64,000 nucleotides of DNA from Anoxybacillaceae bacterium (GCA_041920415.1 JBHGYD010000006.1:31683-95682); one strand, 5' to 3'. Numbered from the stretch's first letter, positions 20,758 through 31,381 are shown. Program-made: numbers and translations. Notes: generated from the sequence alone by a model not told the origin.

Positions 20758-22275
20758 TCATTTCATAAGGAAAATTCGCTTCAACTCCTCTTCCCAGCCG
20801 TTAAACATCCACCGCGTTCGCTCATCCTTTTGCATCATCGGCTGACGATAGTAGTTTTCTAGTGAAAATCCACATCGATCGCAGCACATCTCCGGTTTTT
20901 GCTTTAGTTGTTGATCAAAATATGCGACAATCCATTCTCTGCGACAAGAAGAATGGAATAGCCACGTAAGCATAGTTTGCAACTTTTTTCGTTTCCATCG
21001 TTTCCGTTCTTCAATTTTTTTACATAATTTCATACGTAACGCTTCTATACCATTGCGCGTACACGTAGATAAAAACGAAAAAACCCCTTCTTTTTCCAAA
21101 AAATATTGGAATATACGCCATTGCACTTCACTCAAACCAACAAGCATACCGATTTGTTGAGCCCATTCTTCTTGAGGATGGGGATTCTCTAAAAATCTCT
21201 CGAACGCAAGCCGAATTTGTTCATCCGTCGGCAATTCCGCCTCCATAAGAGATTGTACCATGTCCTCATCGCCATGGGTATATAGTAAAATCGCAACGCT
21301 ATTTTTTCCATCGCGTCCAGCTCGACCGATTTCTTGCAAATACGCTTCCATTTGTCCAGGAAGATGAAAGTGAATGACAAAGCGAATATTTTCTTTGTTC
21401 ACGCCCATTCCAAATGCGTTCGTACAACAAACAATCTGTAATTGATCGCGCAAAAATTGTTGTTGAACTAACATGCGTTGTTCCGAATCCATTCCACCAT
21501 GATAATACGCAACATTTTCGATTCCTTCTGCCTGTAATCGCCGGGCGATCGCTTCCGCCCATTGCCGGCTTGAAAAATAAATGAGACCAGGACCTTTTAA
21601 CGTTTTTACGTAATGAAAAAGCTGATTCACTTTTTCTTCGACTGATGTTACGGTTTCTACCTTTATTGCAATATTCGGACGATCCACTGGATAAATATGT
21701 TGACACACTTGTCTGAGTTGAAGCGTACGAATAATATCGTCGATCACTTCCGTTGGCGCCGTCGCCGTCAACGCCAAACATGGCGGATTTCCAACAAATT
21801 TCCGAATTTCTCCGAGTTTTAAAAAGTCCGGGCGAAAATCATGCCCCCATTGCGAAATACAATGGGCTTCATCGACAACAAATAACGAAATCTTCACGTT
21901 CGTTAAAGCACGCATCAGTTTCGGCGACTGCAAAATTTCCGGCGACGCATAAATGAAGCGAAATCGCTGCAAATTCGCTAACGCTGCCTTTTTTATATCG
22001 CTTGCTAAAAAGCTATTTAACGCAATGACCCGCTTTTCTCCGCGATTTCTGAGCTGCTGCACTTGATCTTCCATAAGCGAAACAAGCGGCGAAATAATTA
22101 ATACACTTCCGGGCAACATATAACCGGGAAGCTGATAACAAAGCGATTTCCCGCCACCTGTTGGCAACATCGCCAGCACGTCGCGCCCGCGAATGATATC
22201 TTCTATAATTTCCCGTTGTCCGGGGCGAAACGAACGATATCCGAACTTTTCTTCTAACAAACGCTCAAGATGCAC
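20758..22275 (-). CDS. recS: RecQ-family ATP-dependent DNA helicase (RecS/YpbC)
   Basis: Walker A PTGGGKS, DEAH box [17 protein letters not shown], and a C-terminal Cys cluster. Confidence 0.9.
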   Translation of the reverse strand: MHLERLLEEKFGYRSFRPGQREIIEDIIRGRDVLAMLPTGGGKSLCYQLPGYMLPGSVLIISPLVSLMEDQVQQLRNRGEKRVIALNSFLASDIKKAALANLQRFRFIYASPEILQSPKLMRALTNVKISLFVVDEAHCISQWGHDFRPDFLKLGEIRKFVGNPPCLALTATAPTEVIDDIIRTLQLRQVCQHIYPVDRPNIAIKVETVTSVEEKVNQLFHYVKTLKGPGLIYFSSRQWAEAIARRLQAEGIENVAYYHGGMDSEQRMLVQQQFLRDQLQIVCCTNAFGMGVNKENIRFVIHFHLPGQMEAYLQEIGRAGRDGKNSVAILLYTHGDEDMVQSLMEAELPTDEQIRLAFERFLENPHPQEEWAQQIGMLVGLSEVQWRIFQYFLEKEGVFSFLSTCTRNGIEALRMKLCKKIEERKRWKRKKLQTMLTWLFHSSCRREWIVAYFDQQLKQKPEMCCDRCGFSLENYYRQPMMQKDERTRWMFNGWEEELKRIFLMK

Positions 22276-23329
22276 CTATCTCCCCTGCCTTTGCCAATAC
22301 GAGGCGAATTTCAAAATAACTGACATCCGCACCAACCGCTTCACGAATTTTTTTTAACTGCCTTGTCCGTAACCGTTTGGCTGCCTCTGTTACTTTCAAT
22401 ATCGTTTCCGTATCAACGAACGGTTCAATCGAAAACTCGCTTATATTGGCAGCGATTTCGACAATATGATCTTCAATCGTACTTCGTTTTAACTTGCGCA
22501 ACCGAGCAATTTCCTCGATCGTTTTTCCTTTACATAGCCACTCATACGTTTTTTGAGTCGATACCGTTAACGGAACAGGCGGAGATATATCGCCTACCAA
22601 TCCGTATAAAATCGGAAACGACTGCTTGTCCGCTTCAGCGTTCGCCATCATATAGTGCAATACATGTTGAAACATCAATCGAATATAAAGAGGGTCTTTT
22701 TGCAAAACGATAGAAAGTTGCTCATTCGTCCATCCAATTCGCTCAAAGCTTGTCAGACGCAATGTAAAAATCGTTGCTTCCTCTTCGGAGAGGGCGGCAA
22801 GAAGTGTGCGAATTTCCTCATAAAGCGCATTCGCTAGCTCACGTGCCTTACGTTTTTGTGAAAAAAGATATCGCTTGACCCATGCAAATGTTTCCTCATG
22901 GCGATGAATCGGCTCAAATCTTTGATGCTGAAGGACATTCGACAACGTCTGTACAAGCAACGACAGCCGATACCAAAACAACGTATCAGATGAATGATAT
23001 TTCCAACCGTTTAAATACCTTAAAAACGGAGCGGAAGGAAGCCATCGTTGAAGCTGCTCAACTCCGCTCGTCGTCAATACATACGAACGCTCCTGCACTG
23101 GGATCATCCATTGCTGCTTCATTAATTCGCAAGCGGCTTGTTCGATTTCGTGAAGATGGACGTCCTTACACACTCCAAATAACTGTTCCAGTTGAAACCA
23201 TTTACTATCTTGTAACGTTTGGGAGGACTTTTTTCCTGAAAGCAAATGGTACACAGCAGACAATGAACGTTCCCCGTTAAACCGATGCAAACAATATAAA
23301 AGAAGAAATAATAGAACGTTGTTCCCCAT
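22265..23329 (-). CDS. ypbB: YpbB-like helicase-associated HTH protein
   Basis: 354 aa. It lies immediately upstream of recS and overlaps it by 11 nt, as in the B. subtilis ypbB-recS operon. Confidence 0.75.
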   Translation of the reverse strand: MGNNVLLFLLLYCLHRFNGERSLSAVYHLLSGKKSSQTLQDSKWFQLEQLFGVCKDVHLHEIEQAACELMKQQWMIPVQERSYVLTTSGVEQLQRWLPSAPFLRYLNGWKYHSSDTLFWYRLSLLVQTLSNVLQHQRFEPIHRHEETFAWVKRYLFSQKRKARELANALYEEIRTLLAALSEEEATIFTLRLTSFERIGWTNEQLSIVLQKDPLYIRLMFQHVLHYMMANAEADKQSFPILYGLVGDISPPVPLTVSTQKTYEWLCKGKTIEEIARLRKLKRSTIEDHIVEIAANISEFSIEPFVDTETILKVTEAAKRLRTRQLKKIREAVGADVSYFEIRLVLAKAGEIGAS

Positions 23330-23482
23330 CCGTACCTCGCCTCACGATCATGTATACATTGATTGTAGCAAAAATGTTGAACCGTTTCCTCATGTTTGAA
23401 TTCAAAACAAAACGGGTAAAATAACATCGATAACCGTTATGAAAGACATTCTCATTGGACTTTTCTATTGAAAAGTTTGTAA

Positions 23483-23836
<354 letters not shown>

Positions 23837-23842
23837 AATATA

Positions 23843-23879
23843 AAAAAAGCCCCTTTACCTCTTGGCAAAGGGGCTTTTC
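23843..23879. terminator. Bidirectional terminator (fer / ribU)
   Basis: Stem aagcccctttacc/ggcaaaggggctt, flanked by an A-run and a T-run. Confidence 0.8.
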
Positions 23880-23883
23880 AATA

Positions 23884-24459
23884 TTATACAGCCATTTGAC
23901 GTTGAATCCACGGCTTCATTTTCGCAAACAACATCATAAAAATGACAGTAATCATAATGCCTTTAATCACATTAAATGGCAAAATACCAGTTACAATTAA
24001 CTTTCTTGCTTGTTCGGACGATAAAGCCGGGGCGTTAAGGAAAAACGTATATGCTGGTAAAATGACATAATAATTTAATACGCTCATCATCAATGTCATA
24101 ATCACAGTTCCTAAAACCAACCCGTACGTCAAGCCTTTTGAATCGCGGAACTTTTGAAATAAATAGGCAGCCGGAACAATAAACAACACTCCCGCGAGAA
24201 AATTCGCAAGCTGACCAACGGGAACGCCGGTGCCGCTTCCTTGAATAAAGTAATGCAGCAAGTTTTTAATCGCTTCCACCGCAACGCCCGCTATCGGACC
24301 GAACATAATGGCTGCCAGAAGAGCCGGGATTTCGCTGAAATCAATGAGTAGAAACGTTGGAAGCAGCGGAATCGGAAAATTTAACATCATTAACAAGTAG
24401 GCAATGCCGGAAAACGTTCCGACGGCAACAAGTTTTTTTACATTGCGTTTTTCTTGCAT
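23884..24459 (-). CDS. ribU: Riboflavin transporter, ECF S component (RibU/YpaA)
   Basis: 191 aa with 5-6 TM helices. It lies directly downstream of an FMN riboswitch. Confidence 0.88.
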   Translation of the reverse strand: MQEKRNVKKLVAVGTFSGIAYLLMMLNFPIPLLPTFLLIDFSEIPALLAAIMFGPIAGVAVEAIKNLLHYFIQGSGTGVPVGQLANFLAGVLFIVPAAYLFQKFRDSKGLTYGLVLGTVIMTLMMSVLNYYVILPAYTFFLNAPALSSEQARKLIVTGILPFNVIKGIMITVIFMMLFAKMKPWIQRQMAV

Positions 24460-24530
24460 GTTTCTTCTCTCCTTTTCTTTTTAGGATTTAGATCCATCTC
24501 AAGAAAAAGAGGAAGGCTTCTTTAGCGCCA

Positions 24531-24757
24531 GAAAAAATAAATCCCCATGCGTTTGCATGAGGGAGAAATTTTACGGCATGCTAAAGAAACGTTCGGTTTG
24601 CTTATTTTTTCGAACGTCACCAACCTCCATCTTCTCCCATCCAGACTATACTGTCGGCTCTGGACTCGCACCAGATCCTGCCTTTTCGGCTCGCGGGCTT
24701 AGAAACGGACGTTTCATCACCGCCGGTCGGGAATTTCACCCTGCCCCGAAGATAGAT
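24531..24757 (-). promoter_or_regulatory. FMN riboswitch (RFN element) with terminator
   Basis: The minus strand reads CTTCGGGGCAGGGTGAAATTCCCGACCGGCGGTGA...AGCCCGCGAGCC...GGTGCGAGTCCAGAGCCGACAGTATAGTCTGGATGGGAGAAG, which matches the conserved RFN core. A terminator follows (CCCTCATGC AAAC GCATGGGG + U-run, about 24531-24563). Confidence 0.92.
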
Positions 24758-24910
24758 CTATTTTATTTTTCACTTTCATTATAACGAATCATTGATATTT
24801 TGTTAAGCAAAAAATCTTGAATTAAAGATTTATTGTGCGTGGAAAGACAAGAAAAAGCTTGGGAAAGTTGATCCACAAAAAACTTTACTCACACAATTTC
24901 TAACCAATTG

Positions 24911-24939
24911 TTGCTACCGCTTGTCTCATATTCTATAAT
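24911..24939 (+). promoter_or_regulatory. Sigma-A-type promoter for ppa
   Basis: TTGCTA, 17-nt spacer, TATAAT. Confidence 0.55.
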
Positions 24940-24978
24940 AAGAAAAGCATATATACATATTTAAGGAGGAATTTGTCG

Positions 24979-25482
24979 ATGGCTTTTGAAAACAAAGTCG
25001 TAGAAGCATTTATTGAAATTCCAACCGGCAGTCAAAACAAATACGAGTTCGATAAAGAGCGTGGCATCTTTAAACTAGACCGTGTCTTATTCTCACCAAT
25101 GTTTTATCCAGCGGAGTACGGTTATTTAGAAAACACGCTCGCGCTTGATGGTGACCCACTTGATATTTTAGTCATCACTACAAATCCGACATTCCCTGGC
25201 TGCGTCATTGACACGCGCGTTATCGGTTATTTAAACATGGTCGACAGCGGCGAAGAAGACGCAAAATTAATCGGCGTTCCGGTTGAAGACCCTCGTTTTG
25301 ACGAAGTTCGCAGCATTGAAGACCTGCCACAACATAAATTAAAAGAAATCGCTCATTTCTTTGAACGCTATAAAGATTTACAAGGTAAACGAACAGAAAT
25401 CGGCACATGGGAAGGCCCAGAAGCAGCAGCAAAACTCATTGACGAGTGCATCGCTCGTTACAACGAAAACAAAAATAAATAA
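24979..25482 (+). CDS. ppa: Inorganic pyrophosphatase, family I
   Basis: MAFENKVVEAFIEIPTGSQNKYEFDKE...DGDPLD matches the family I PPase signature. The ATG is preceded by AAGGAGG. Confidence 0.92.
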   Translation: MAFENKVVEAFIEIPTGSQNKYEFDKERGIFKLDRVLFSPMFYPAEYGYLENTLALDGDPLDILVITTNPTFPGCVIDTRVIGYLNMVDSGEEDAKLIGVPVEDPRFDEVRSIEDLPQHKLKEIAHFFERYKDLQGKRTEIGTWEGPEAAAKLIDECIARYNENKNK

Positions 25483-25490
25483 GGCGCTTA

Positions 25491-25526
25491 AACCAAGTTG
25501 ACGTTGTTCAACTTGGTTTTCTTTTT
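25491..25526 (+). terminator. Terminator downstream of ppa
   Basis: Stem aaccaagttga/tcaacttggtt followed by a T-run. Confidence 0.8.
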
Positions 25527-25662
25527 CTTAAGCAAATTCCGAACATTCAAGATAAAAACGTTTACATTGGTATGACTTCTTTGTATTTCGTTGACAGATG
25601 GTACTTCGTGTGATAAATTATCAGAAATTTAAAATTCTTGATGAAGAAAGGAGTGTATCATC

Positions 25663-27237
25663 TTGTTTCGCATTTTAGTGTCTGATTCCATAAGCGAAGA
25701 AGGTTTAGCCCCTCTCCGAAAAGCCGAACATATCGAAGTTGTTCAAAAAAAGGTTGCAGAAGTCGAAGACCGCCTTCATGAATTTGATGCTTTACTCGTA
25801 CGAAGCGCTACAAAAGTGACAGAAGAATTGCTTCGCAAAATGACAAATTTAAAAATTGTCGGCCGTGCTGGCGTCGGAGTCGATAACATTGATGTCGAGG
25901 CGGCGACAAAACATGGAGTCGTTGTCATTAACGCTCCAAACGGCAACACTATTTCAACGGCCGAGCATACATTTGCGATGATGGCCTCACTTGTCCGTCA
26001 CATTCCACAAGCGCATGTTTCTGTAAAATCACGCGAATGGAACCGCTCTGCGTTTGTCGGTACAGAATTATACGGAAAGCATTTAGGTGTCATTGGATTT
26101 GGCCGCATCGGTTCCGAAGTCGCCAAACGGGCGCGCGCCTTCGGAATGAAAGTCCATGTATATGATCCATTTTTAACAAAAGAACGCGCGGAAAAAATCG
26201 GTGTTTCTGTTTGTACGCTCGATGAAGTGCTCGCTCTTTCCGACATCATTACTGTACATACTCCATTAACAAAAGAAACAAAAGGGCTGCTTGGTGAAAA
26301 AAATCTGGCCAAGACGAAAAAAGGAGTATATCTCATTAACTGTGCCCGCGGCGGAATTATCGATGAACAAGCATTAGTCACATTCTTGAAAAATGGGCAT
26401 GTAGCTGGCGTCGCTCTTGACGTATTCGAACAAGAACCACCAGGCGACCACCCGCTTCTTTCATTTGAAAATGTGATTGTAACCCCACATCTCGGAGCAT
26501 CGACAGTCGAAGCACAGCTCAATGTCGCAACACAAGTCGCAGAAGAAGTTCTCCAATTTTTAGAAGGAAAGCCCGTTACGTCTTCTATTAATCTACCAAC
26601 CTTGTCCAAAGATATTTACGAAAAAATTCAATCGTTCTATAATTTAGCGAAAAAAATGGGCATTGTTGCTTCCCAATACATGAACGAGCCTGTTCAAGAA
26701 ATCACCGTCACATACGCAGGAACAGTGGCAGATCTAGAAACAACTTATATCACGCGAAGCTTGCTCGCTGGCTTTTTACAGCCGCGCGTGGCCTCAACAG
26801 TGAACGAAGTCAATGCAGCAATGATCGCGAAAGAACGAGGCATTACGTTTGGGGAGAAGTTTTCCACTCAGACACACGGCTATGCGAACTGCATTTCTCT
26901 AACGGTACATGGAGAAAACAAAACTTTTACCATTAAAGGAACACATATTCCAAATTACGGTGACCGTATCGTTCACTTTAACGGCTTTTCGATTGACTTC
27001 GCGCCAGAAGGATACCTCCTCTATATTCAACATCAAGACAAACCAGGAATGATCGGTAAAGTTGGGAACGTATTAGGCAATCATCAAATAAACATCGCAA
27101 CAATGCAAGTTGGACGCCAAGAAGCAGGCGGAAAAGCGATTATGATGCTTTCCTTAGATAAACCGCTCAATGATGCACTATTAGAAAAACTAACCGAAAT
27201 TGAAGATATTGAAATGGCGAAAAAATTGGAAGTATAA
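25663..27237 (+). CDS. serA: D-3-phosphoglycerate dehydrogenase (with C-terminal ACT domain)
   Basis: 524 aa with the 2-hydroxyacid dehydrogenase NAD motif GVIGFGRIG. It has a long C-terminal extension typical of Bacillus SerA. It uses a TTG start after AGGAG. Confidence 0.92.
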   Translation: MFRILVSDSISEEGLAPLRKAEHIEVVQKKVAEVEDRLHEFDALLVRSATKVTEELLRKMTNLKIVGRAGVGVDNIDVEAATKHGVVVINAPNGNTISTAEHTFAMMASLVRHIPQAHVSVKSREWNRSAFVGTELYGKHLGVIGFGRIGSEVAKRARAFGMKVHVYDPFLTKERAEKIGVSVCTLDEVLALSDIITVHTPLTKETKGLLGEKNLAKTKKGVYLINCARGGIIDEQALVTFLKNGHVAGVALDVFEQEPPGDHPLLSFENVIVTPHLGASTVEAQLNVATQVAEEVLQFLEGKPVTSSINLPTLSKDIYEKIQSFYNLAKKMGIVASQYMNEPVQEITVTYAGTVADLETTYITRSLLAGFLQPRVASTVNEVNAAMIAKERGITFGEKFSTQTHGYANCISLTVHGENKTFTIKGTHIPNYGDRIVHFNGFSIDFAPEGYLLYIQHQDKPGMIGKVGNVLGNHQINIATMQVGRQEAGGKAIMMLSLDKPLNDALLEKLTEIEDIEMAKKLEV

Positions 27238-27311
27238 AAGATGGCTAGAAAAACAGAATTGCACGAATACGCTCCTAAAGCGGAGAACATAGGTGAATAA
27301 ACGGGTTGAAT

Positions 27312-27346
27312 AAAAAAAGGGCTTGGAACATGTTCCAAGCTCTTTC
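27312..27346. terminator. Bidirectional terminator (serA / HXXEE gene)
   Basis: Palindrome gcttggaaca/tgttccaagc, flanked by an A-run and a T-rich tail. Confidence 0.75.
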
Positions 27347-27385
27347 AGATTTATAATCCGCCCTCATTAGCACAATAGACCGATT

Positions 27386-27931
27386 TTATACCGCTTTCTT
27401 TCCAATCCAATGAGCCATCAATACTATAGGGAAAATGAAGAAGATAAAAGGCAAACTGACAAAAATAGTATCCCAAGTGATGACTTGATTTTTAAATAAT
27501 GAGTTAAACAATACTATGCTGTAAGGAAGAACGATCACTATTGATGTTATAACACCAGGAGTAATGGAACGAAAAAAAATAGCCTGACCAATATGAGTAA
27601 ATGCATGAAGAAAGAAAATCAGTATGCAAACAGTAAAGAAATGAATGTTGGCAAATGGACCTTGATGAACATATTGACTTGCCATATAAGTAGAACTACT
27701 AACAAATAGAAAAATAACCAATACCGAAACAGAAAATTGTGCTGTTGACATTGAAAATTGCTTGATGACTCTATCGGCAATTTTTCTTGGCAATTTTTCA
27801 TAAATAACATCTGAATTCTTTTTTACCCACTTTTCAACCATAATAATTTCTTCAAAATCATGAAGAACAAACATAATTGGAAATAGCCAAATCAGTGTTT
27901 GAACATCGAGCCACCGTTCCATAATCTCCAC
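27386..27931 (-). CDS. HXXEE-domain membrane protein
   Basis: 181 aa and polytopic, with an HDFEE motif near the N-terminus. The start is ambiguous (GTG at 27931 or ATG at 27922). Confidence 0.7.
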   Translation of the reverse strand: MEIMERWLDVQTLIWLFPIMFVLHDFEEIIMVEKWVKKNSDVIYEKLPRKIADRVIKQFSMSTAQFSVSVLVIFLFVSSSTYMASQYVHQGPFANIHFFTVCILIFFLHAFTHIGQAIFFRSITPGVITSIVIVLPYSIVLFNSLFKNQVITWDTIFVSLPFIFFIFPIVLMAHWIGKKAV

Positions 27932-28196
27932 CCATTCAGTATACTTATCTTTGGTTGGTAATCCTTGTTCAACTAAACTGCCCTTTAGCCCTCCATAACT
28001 TTACTTGAATATATAATCGCTCAAACGAGTACATTCCCTTTTTTACATTAAAGAAAAATAATAAAATCAATTCACGTTTAACAGAACCATTTAATAAAAA
28101 GAAAAAGAGAACACGTAATTATGTATTCTCCTTTATAATTTAGGTCTTGATAAGAAACTCCCATTCCCTTTCCTCTGCCCATCGCTGAGTCAGGAT

Positions 28197-28508
28197 GGCG
28201 ACATTTCGCCGTTGCCCACAGGACGTGGGCAGCTTTTAGGCGAAATTGCCGCCGCTTCCGCTTTTCTTATTGTCTAGCTTCGGACGCTATCGGCTCGAGT
28301 CGCTCCGCCCCACACTGCGGCGGCGACAGCCTCCTCGGTGGGGCTCGTGCGATCTTCGCCGATAAGCGAGCGTCCTCAGCTTTTCTTACTGTCTAGCTTC
28401 AGCGGCTAGCTCTCTTCTGCCAAATAACCTTCTCCCTCGAAGTGCGAGCACTTCTGCGGGCGAAGAACATTTGGCTTTGAGAGCTGTTCGCGCCGCTTCC
28501 GCTTTTCT
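28197..28508. repeat. GC-rich array of three long imperfect hairpins separated by a conserved linker (core GCTTTTCTTAYTGTCTAGCTTCRG)
   Basis: Linker cores start at 28260, 28379 and 28501, giving spacings of 119 and 122 nt. The hairpins span 28197-28253, 28282-28375 and 28409-28484. The last (partial) copy overlaps the hisJ stop codon by 2 nt (28507-28508). Confidence 0.8.
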
Positions 28509-29319
28509 AACCTAACGGTACTGCTTTTCGTTCTCCTTTGTGGAACGTCATCAGTTCGGTATATCCAACGCTTTTAGCTAGTTCAATCGCTTGGTCAAAA
28601 TCCGCGCCGACATGCTCTGGAATGTGAGCGTCAGACGAAAGAACAATTGGAATCCTTTTGTCGTAACACATTTTTAACAGCCGTTTGTCAGGATATAGCT
28701 CTCCAACAGGCTTGCGCAATCCTGCTGTACTAATTTCGACACACGTTTTCGAATCGGCAAGCGCAGTTGTCGCCCGATCATATTGTTCTAGCAAAAACTC
28801 TTCATCTTCTGGAATATATTTAAAAATTTTCACTAAATCTAAATGACCAATAATATCAAATAAATTGGATTCGGCTAATGTGACCACTTGATCAAAATAT
28901 TTGCGATATGTATCGTATAAATCCCGTCGTTCCCATTCTTTTCGATATTCGGCCAAGTCAATGCCAAAATCATCGACCCAATGAATCGAACCGATGACAT
29001 AATCAAAATCGTACGATTGAATAAACGCTGCCATCTCTTCATGTTTTCCTGGCGTATAATCCATTTCAATCGACATTTTCACATCGATTCCTGCATCCCA
29101 CGCTTCGTGAAATAGGCGAACATAATCGTCCATATCATAACATCTTCGCTCTTCTACCCATGGATTCGAAAGAATATGTTTCGTTTGATAAAAATGATAA
29201 GCATGTTCGGAAATGCCAAAATGTTGAATCCCTTTTCGCGCGGCCTCATCGGTAAACTGCTTTAAGTAGTCCAGCGTTAATGTGCCTCGTTCTAAATGAT
29301 TATGATAGTCTGTTAGCAT
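28507..29319 (-). CDS. hisJ: Histidinol-phosphatase, PHP family (HisJ-type)
   Basis: 270 aa with PHP-domain metal ligands (DYHNH..., SEH, GHLD, SDAH). Confidence 0.85.
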   Translation of the reverse strand: MLTDYHNHLERGTLTLDYLKQFTDEAARKGIQHFGISEHAYHFYQTKHILSNPWVEERRCYDMDDYVRLFHEAWDAGIDVKMSIEMDYTPGKHEEMAAFIQSYDFDYVIGSIHWVDDFGIDLAEYRKEWERRDLYDTYRKYFDQVVTLAESNLFDIIGHLDLVKIFKYIPEDEEFLLEQYDRATTALADSKTCVEISTAGLRKPVGELYPDKRLLKMCYDKRIPIVLSSDAHIPEHVGADFDQAIELAKSVGYTELMTFHKGERKAVPLG

Positions 29320-29401
29320 TGCAGTCGCCTCCCACTATGTTTTTCTCATTATATCTCATGAAAAAGTGAGAGGACAATCATTTTAATGAATTTTCAAAAT
29401 G

Positions 29402-29488
29402 TTAATTCGCAAGACCAATCATAAATAATAAACGAATACAAACCACCATCCCCGCTACAGCGAGCAATCGTTTCATAAGATCTTCCAT
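29402..29488 (-). CDS. Candidate 28-aa hydrophobic peptide
   Basis: My own translation gives MEDLMKRLLAVAGMVVCIRLLFMIGLAN. GGAGG lies 9 nt upstream of the ATG. At 28 aa it is shorter than any ORF listed in the supplied track. Confidence 0.35.
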   Translation of the reverse strand: MEDLMKRLLAVAGMVVCIRLLFMIGLAN

Positions 29489-29616
29489 CGATCGATGCCT
29501 CCTTTCGATTGTTTTGACCATATATGTATTATGTAAAAAAAGGAGCCATTAGAACTTGAACGATGCGATTTTAACAAAATTGTAACAGAATCCCCATCTT
29601 ATCGATGAGGACTCTG

Positions 29617-30732
29617 TTACTTGATCGGCATCGGGTTCGGAGCAACGGGCACAGCAATTTTCTCACCAAATACATATTGACCAACTCGACTTACATTTCC
29701 ACCCGTAAACGTAACCGATTGAAATCCGAACTCTTTGGCTGTCAATAAAATTGCTTCAATCATCCAATGCGTGGATGGAGATGCATCTAATTTCGAATCG
29801 TTGGTAAACTTAATGATGACTCCATCTTGTTGTGGATGAATCATCGCAATGCTCACTTGTGCCGGAATGGAAGGACGAAACGGTTGTTCATTCACATTTT
29901 TCATTTGTTCTAACGCTGCTTTCAAGCTTTGAAATGATTGCCCAGACGGAGCAAGAAACAGAGGATGCGAGCGGTCAAACTGATATAGATAATAGGCGCG
30001 CTTCTTGTCGGCAATTTTCATCGATTCCATACGTCCTGTATTCGGGAGCTCGATTCCTTTTTGATTGTCGGTAAAAAATTGTATTTCCTTTCCTCCAGCC
30101 CATCGCACGGTTTCTTCCATGCTCGAAAGAAACATCTCTTCGCTTGTTGAGCCTCCAGAAAAAACAGGATGCGTTTTAGGTACGTGAACGAGCCACGCGC
30201 CCTTGTTTTCATGAGAAAAAGACATGGACACATGATCAAGCAAGTTTTTCGATAATCCCCATTCCTCTTCTCTTAACTGCGCTTTCGCTTTTTCCATCTG
30301 TTGTTCACGCGATTGCCCATCCTTTTGAACAAGAATGCTTACAGGAATTACCGTTTGCGCGTTCACATCAGGAAGACCAAAAACGACCACATCTTGATGA
30401 TGTAAGTCCTCTTTTGTCACGATACGGGACGGTACGACATCACGTTCACTTTTATCTTCTTGAATCATTCCCTTATTTTTCGGTGTATGTTCCGCCATTT
30501 TGTCTTGTGTTTGTTGCGGAATCGATTGGATGGATAAGCCAATGATGACAAATAAGAGTACTGCAGTCATAGAAACGGCAGCTGGAATTAACCACATTTT
30601 CATACGCTCTTTTTTCCGGGCCAATGACACTTGACGATATACTTCCTCCTTCGAACGTTCATCCCTGACCATTGGCATTTGCTGCAGTACATGTTGAATA
30701 CATTCCTCACTCCATTGGAATTTTCTCACCAT
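29617..30732 (-). CDS. rsiX: Anti-sigma-X factor (RsiX-like)
   Basis: 371 aa with a short cytoplasmic N-terminus, one TM helix and a large extracytoplasmic domain. It overlaps the sigX stop by 26 nt. Confidence 0.8.
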   Translation of the reverse strand: MVRKFQWSEECIQHVLQQMPMVRDERSKEEVYRQVSLARKKERMKMWLIPAAVSMTAVLLFVIIGLSIQSIPQQTQDKMAEHTPKNKGMIQEDKSERDVVPSRIVTKEDLHHQDVVVFGLPDVNAQTVIPVSILVQKDGQSREQQMEKAKAQLREEEWGLSKNLLDHVSMSFSHENKGAWLVHVPKTHPVFSGGSTSEEMFLSSMEETVRWAGGKEIQFFTDNQKGIELPNTGRMESMKIADKKRAYYLYQFDRSHPLFLAPSGQSFQSLKAALEQMKNVNEQPFRPSIPAQVSIAMIHPQQDGVIIKFTNDSKLDASPSTHWMIEAILLTAKEFGFQSVTFTGGNVSRVGQYVFGEKIAVPVAPNPMPIK

Positions 30733-31255
30733 GTACCCCTCCCTTCGCTGCTTCTTCTTCCATGTGCTGCTTTAATCGTTTCAATGCCCGGTGTTGCGTC
30801 GTTTTCACTTTGCTTTCCGTCCAGCCAAGCGTTTCTGCGGTTTCAGCTACTGACAACGCTTGAATAAACCGAAGCACAATGACAAGGCGCTGATCGACGG
30901 TGCAGCGTTCAAGACAGCGATACATCAACTGAACCTCTTCTTTCTGAATGGCAATTTCCTCTGGCAGCGGATATGTATCGCGAATGGGTCGCGTACTCCA
31001 ATCAAATTTTTCCATTATTTTTTCACGCCAACTTTTTTGTTTACGAAAAAAATCAATCGCCACATGTCGCGCGATCGATAATAACCATGTTTTTTCGCTG
31101 CTTTTTCCTTCAAACCGCCCATACGAACGCAACACTTTGATATATACTTCTTGAACAAGGTCTTCCGCTTGTTCTCGATTTCGTACCATATAAAATAAAA
31201 AATTAAACAAATCTTGGTGGTACTTTTCATACAACTCCTCAAAAACGGAGTCCAT
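30707..31255 (-). CDS. sigX: ECF RNA polymerase sigma factor SigX
   Basis: 182 aa and closely similar to B. subtilis SigX as I recall it (FEGKSSEKTWLLSIARHVAIDFFRKQ, SESKVKTTQHRALK). Confidence 0.9.
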   Translation of the reverse strand: MDSVFEELYEKYHQDLFNFLFYMVRNREQAEDLVQEVYIKVLRSYGRFEGKSSEKTWLLSIARHVAIDFFRKQKSWREKIMEKFDWSTRPIRDTYPLPEEIAIQKEEVQLMYRCLERCTVDQRLVIVLRFIQALSVAETAETLGWTESKVKTTQHRALKRLKQHMEEEAAKGGVHGEKIPME

Positions 31256-31282
31256 ACCTTCCCCTCCCGTTCTATTCCATCT

Positions 31283-31309
31283 GTCGTTAAAACGGATTGT
31301 TTTGTTACA
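31283..31309 (-). promoter_or_regulatory. Sigma-X-type autoregulatory promoter
   Basis: The minus strand reads TGTAAC, 17 nt, CGAC, which matches the ECF sigma-X consensus. It lies about 28 nt upstream of the sigX ATG. Confidence 0.7.
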
Positions 31310-31334
31310 ATTTCCACTATAAAATTTCTATAAT

Positions 31335-31372
31335 AAAAAAGGAAGAATATTACAGGATATTCTTCCTTTTTT
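31335..31372. terminator. Strong terminator ending the cobamide operon
   Basis: Stem ggaagaatat/atattcttcc with A6 and T6 flanks. Confidence 0.85.
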
Positions 31373-31381
31373 ACTAGTTTA

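Noticed and set aside
24557-24784. A 75-aa plus-strand ORF
   Set aside because: It lies antisense within the FMN riboswitch, and the RNA element explains the conservation-like pattern.
24979-25482. A family I pyrophosphatase as an anomaly in a Bacillus relative
   Set aside because: Thermophilic bacilli are known to use family I PPases, so this is not unusual for the lineage.
25998-26609. A 203-aa ORF antisense to serA. Similar long antisense ORFs occur at 2110-2559, 21299-21781, 37481-37991, 48648-49067 and 52116-52649.
   Set aside because: These are shadow ORFs opposite strongly supported genes. They have skewed (Ser/Thr/Arg- or Pro-rich) composition and no RBS.
28197-28508. Possible CRISPR array
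   Set aside because: There are only about 2.5 imperfect repeats with a ~120-nt period. The 'spacers' are long self-complementary hairpins, and no cas genes are nearby.
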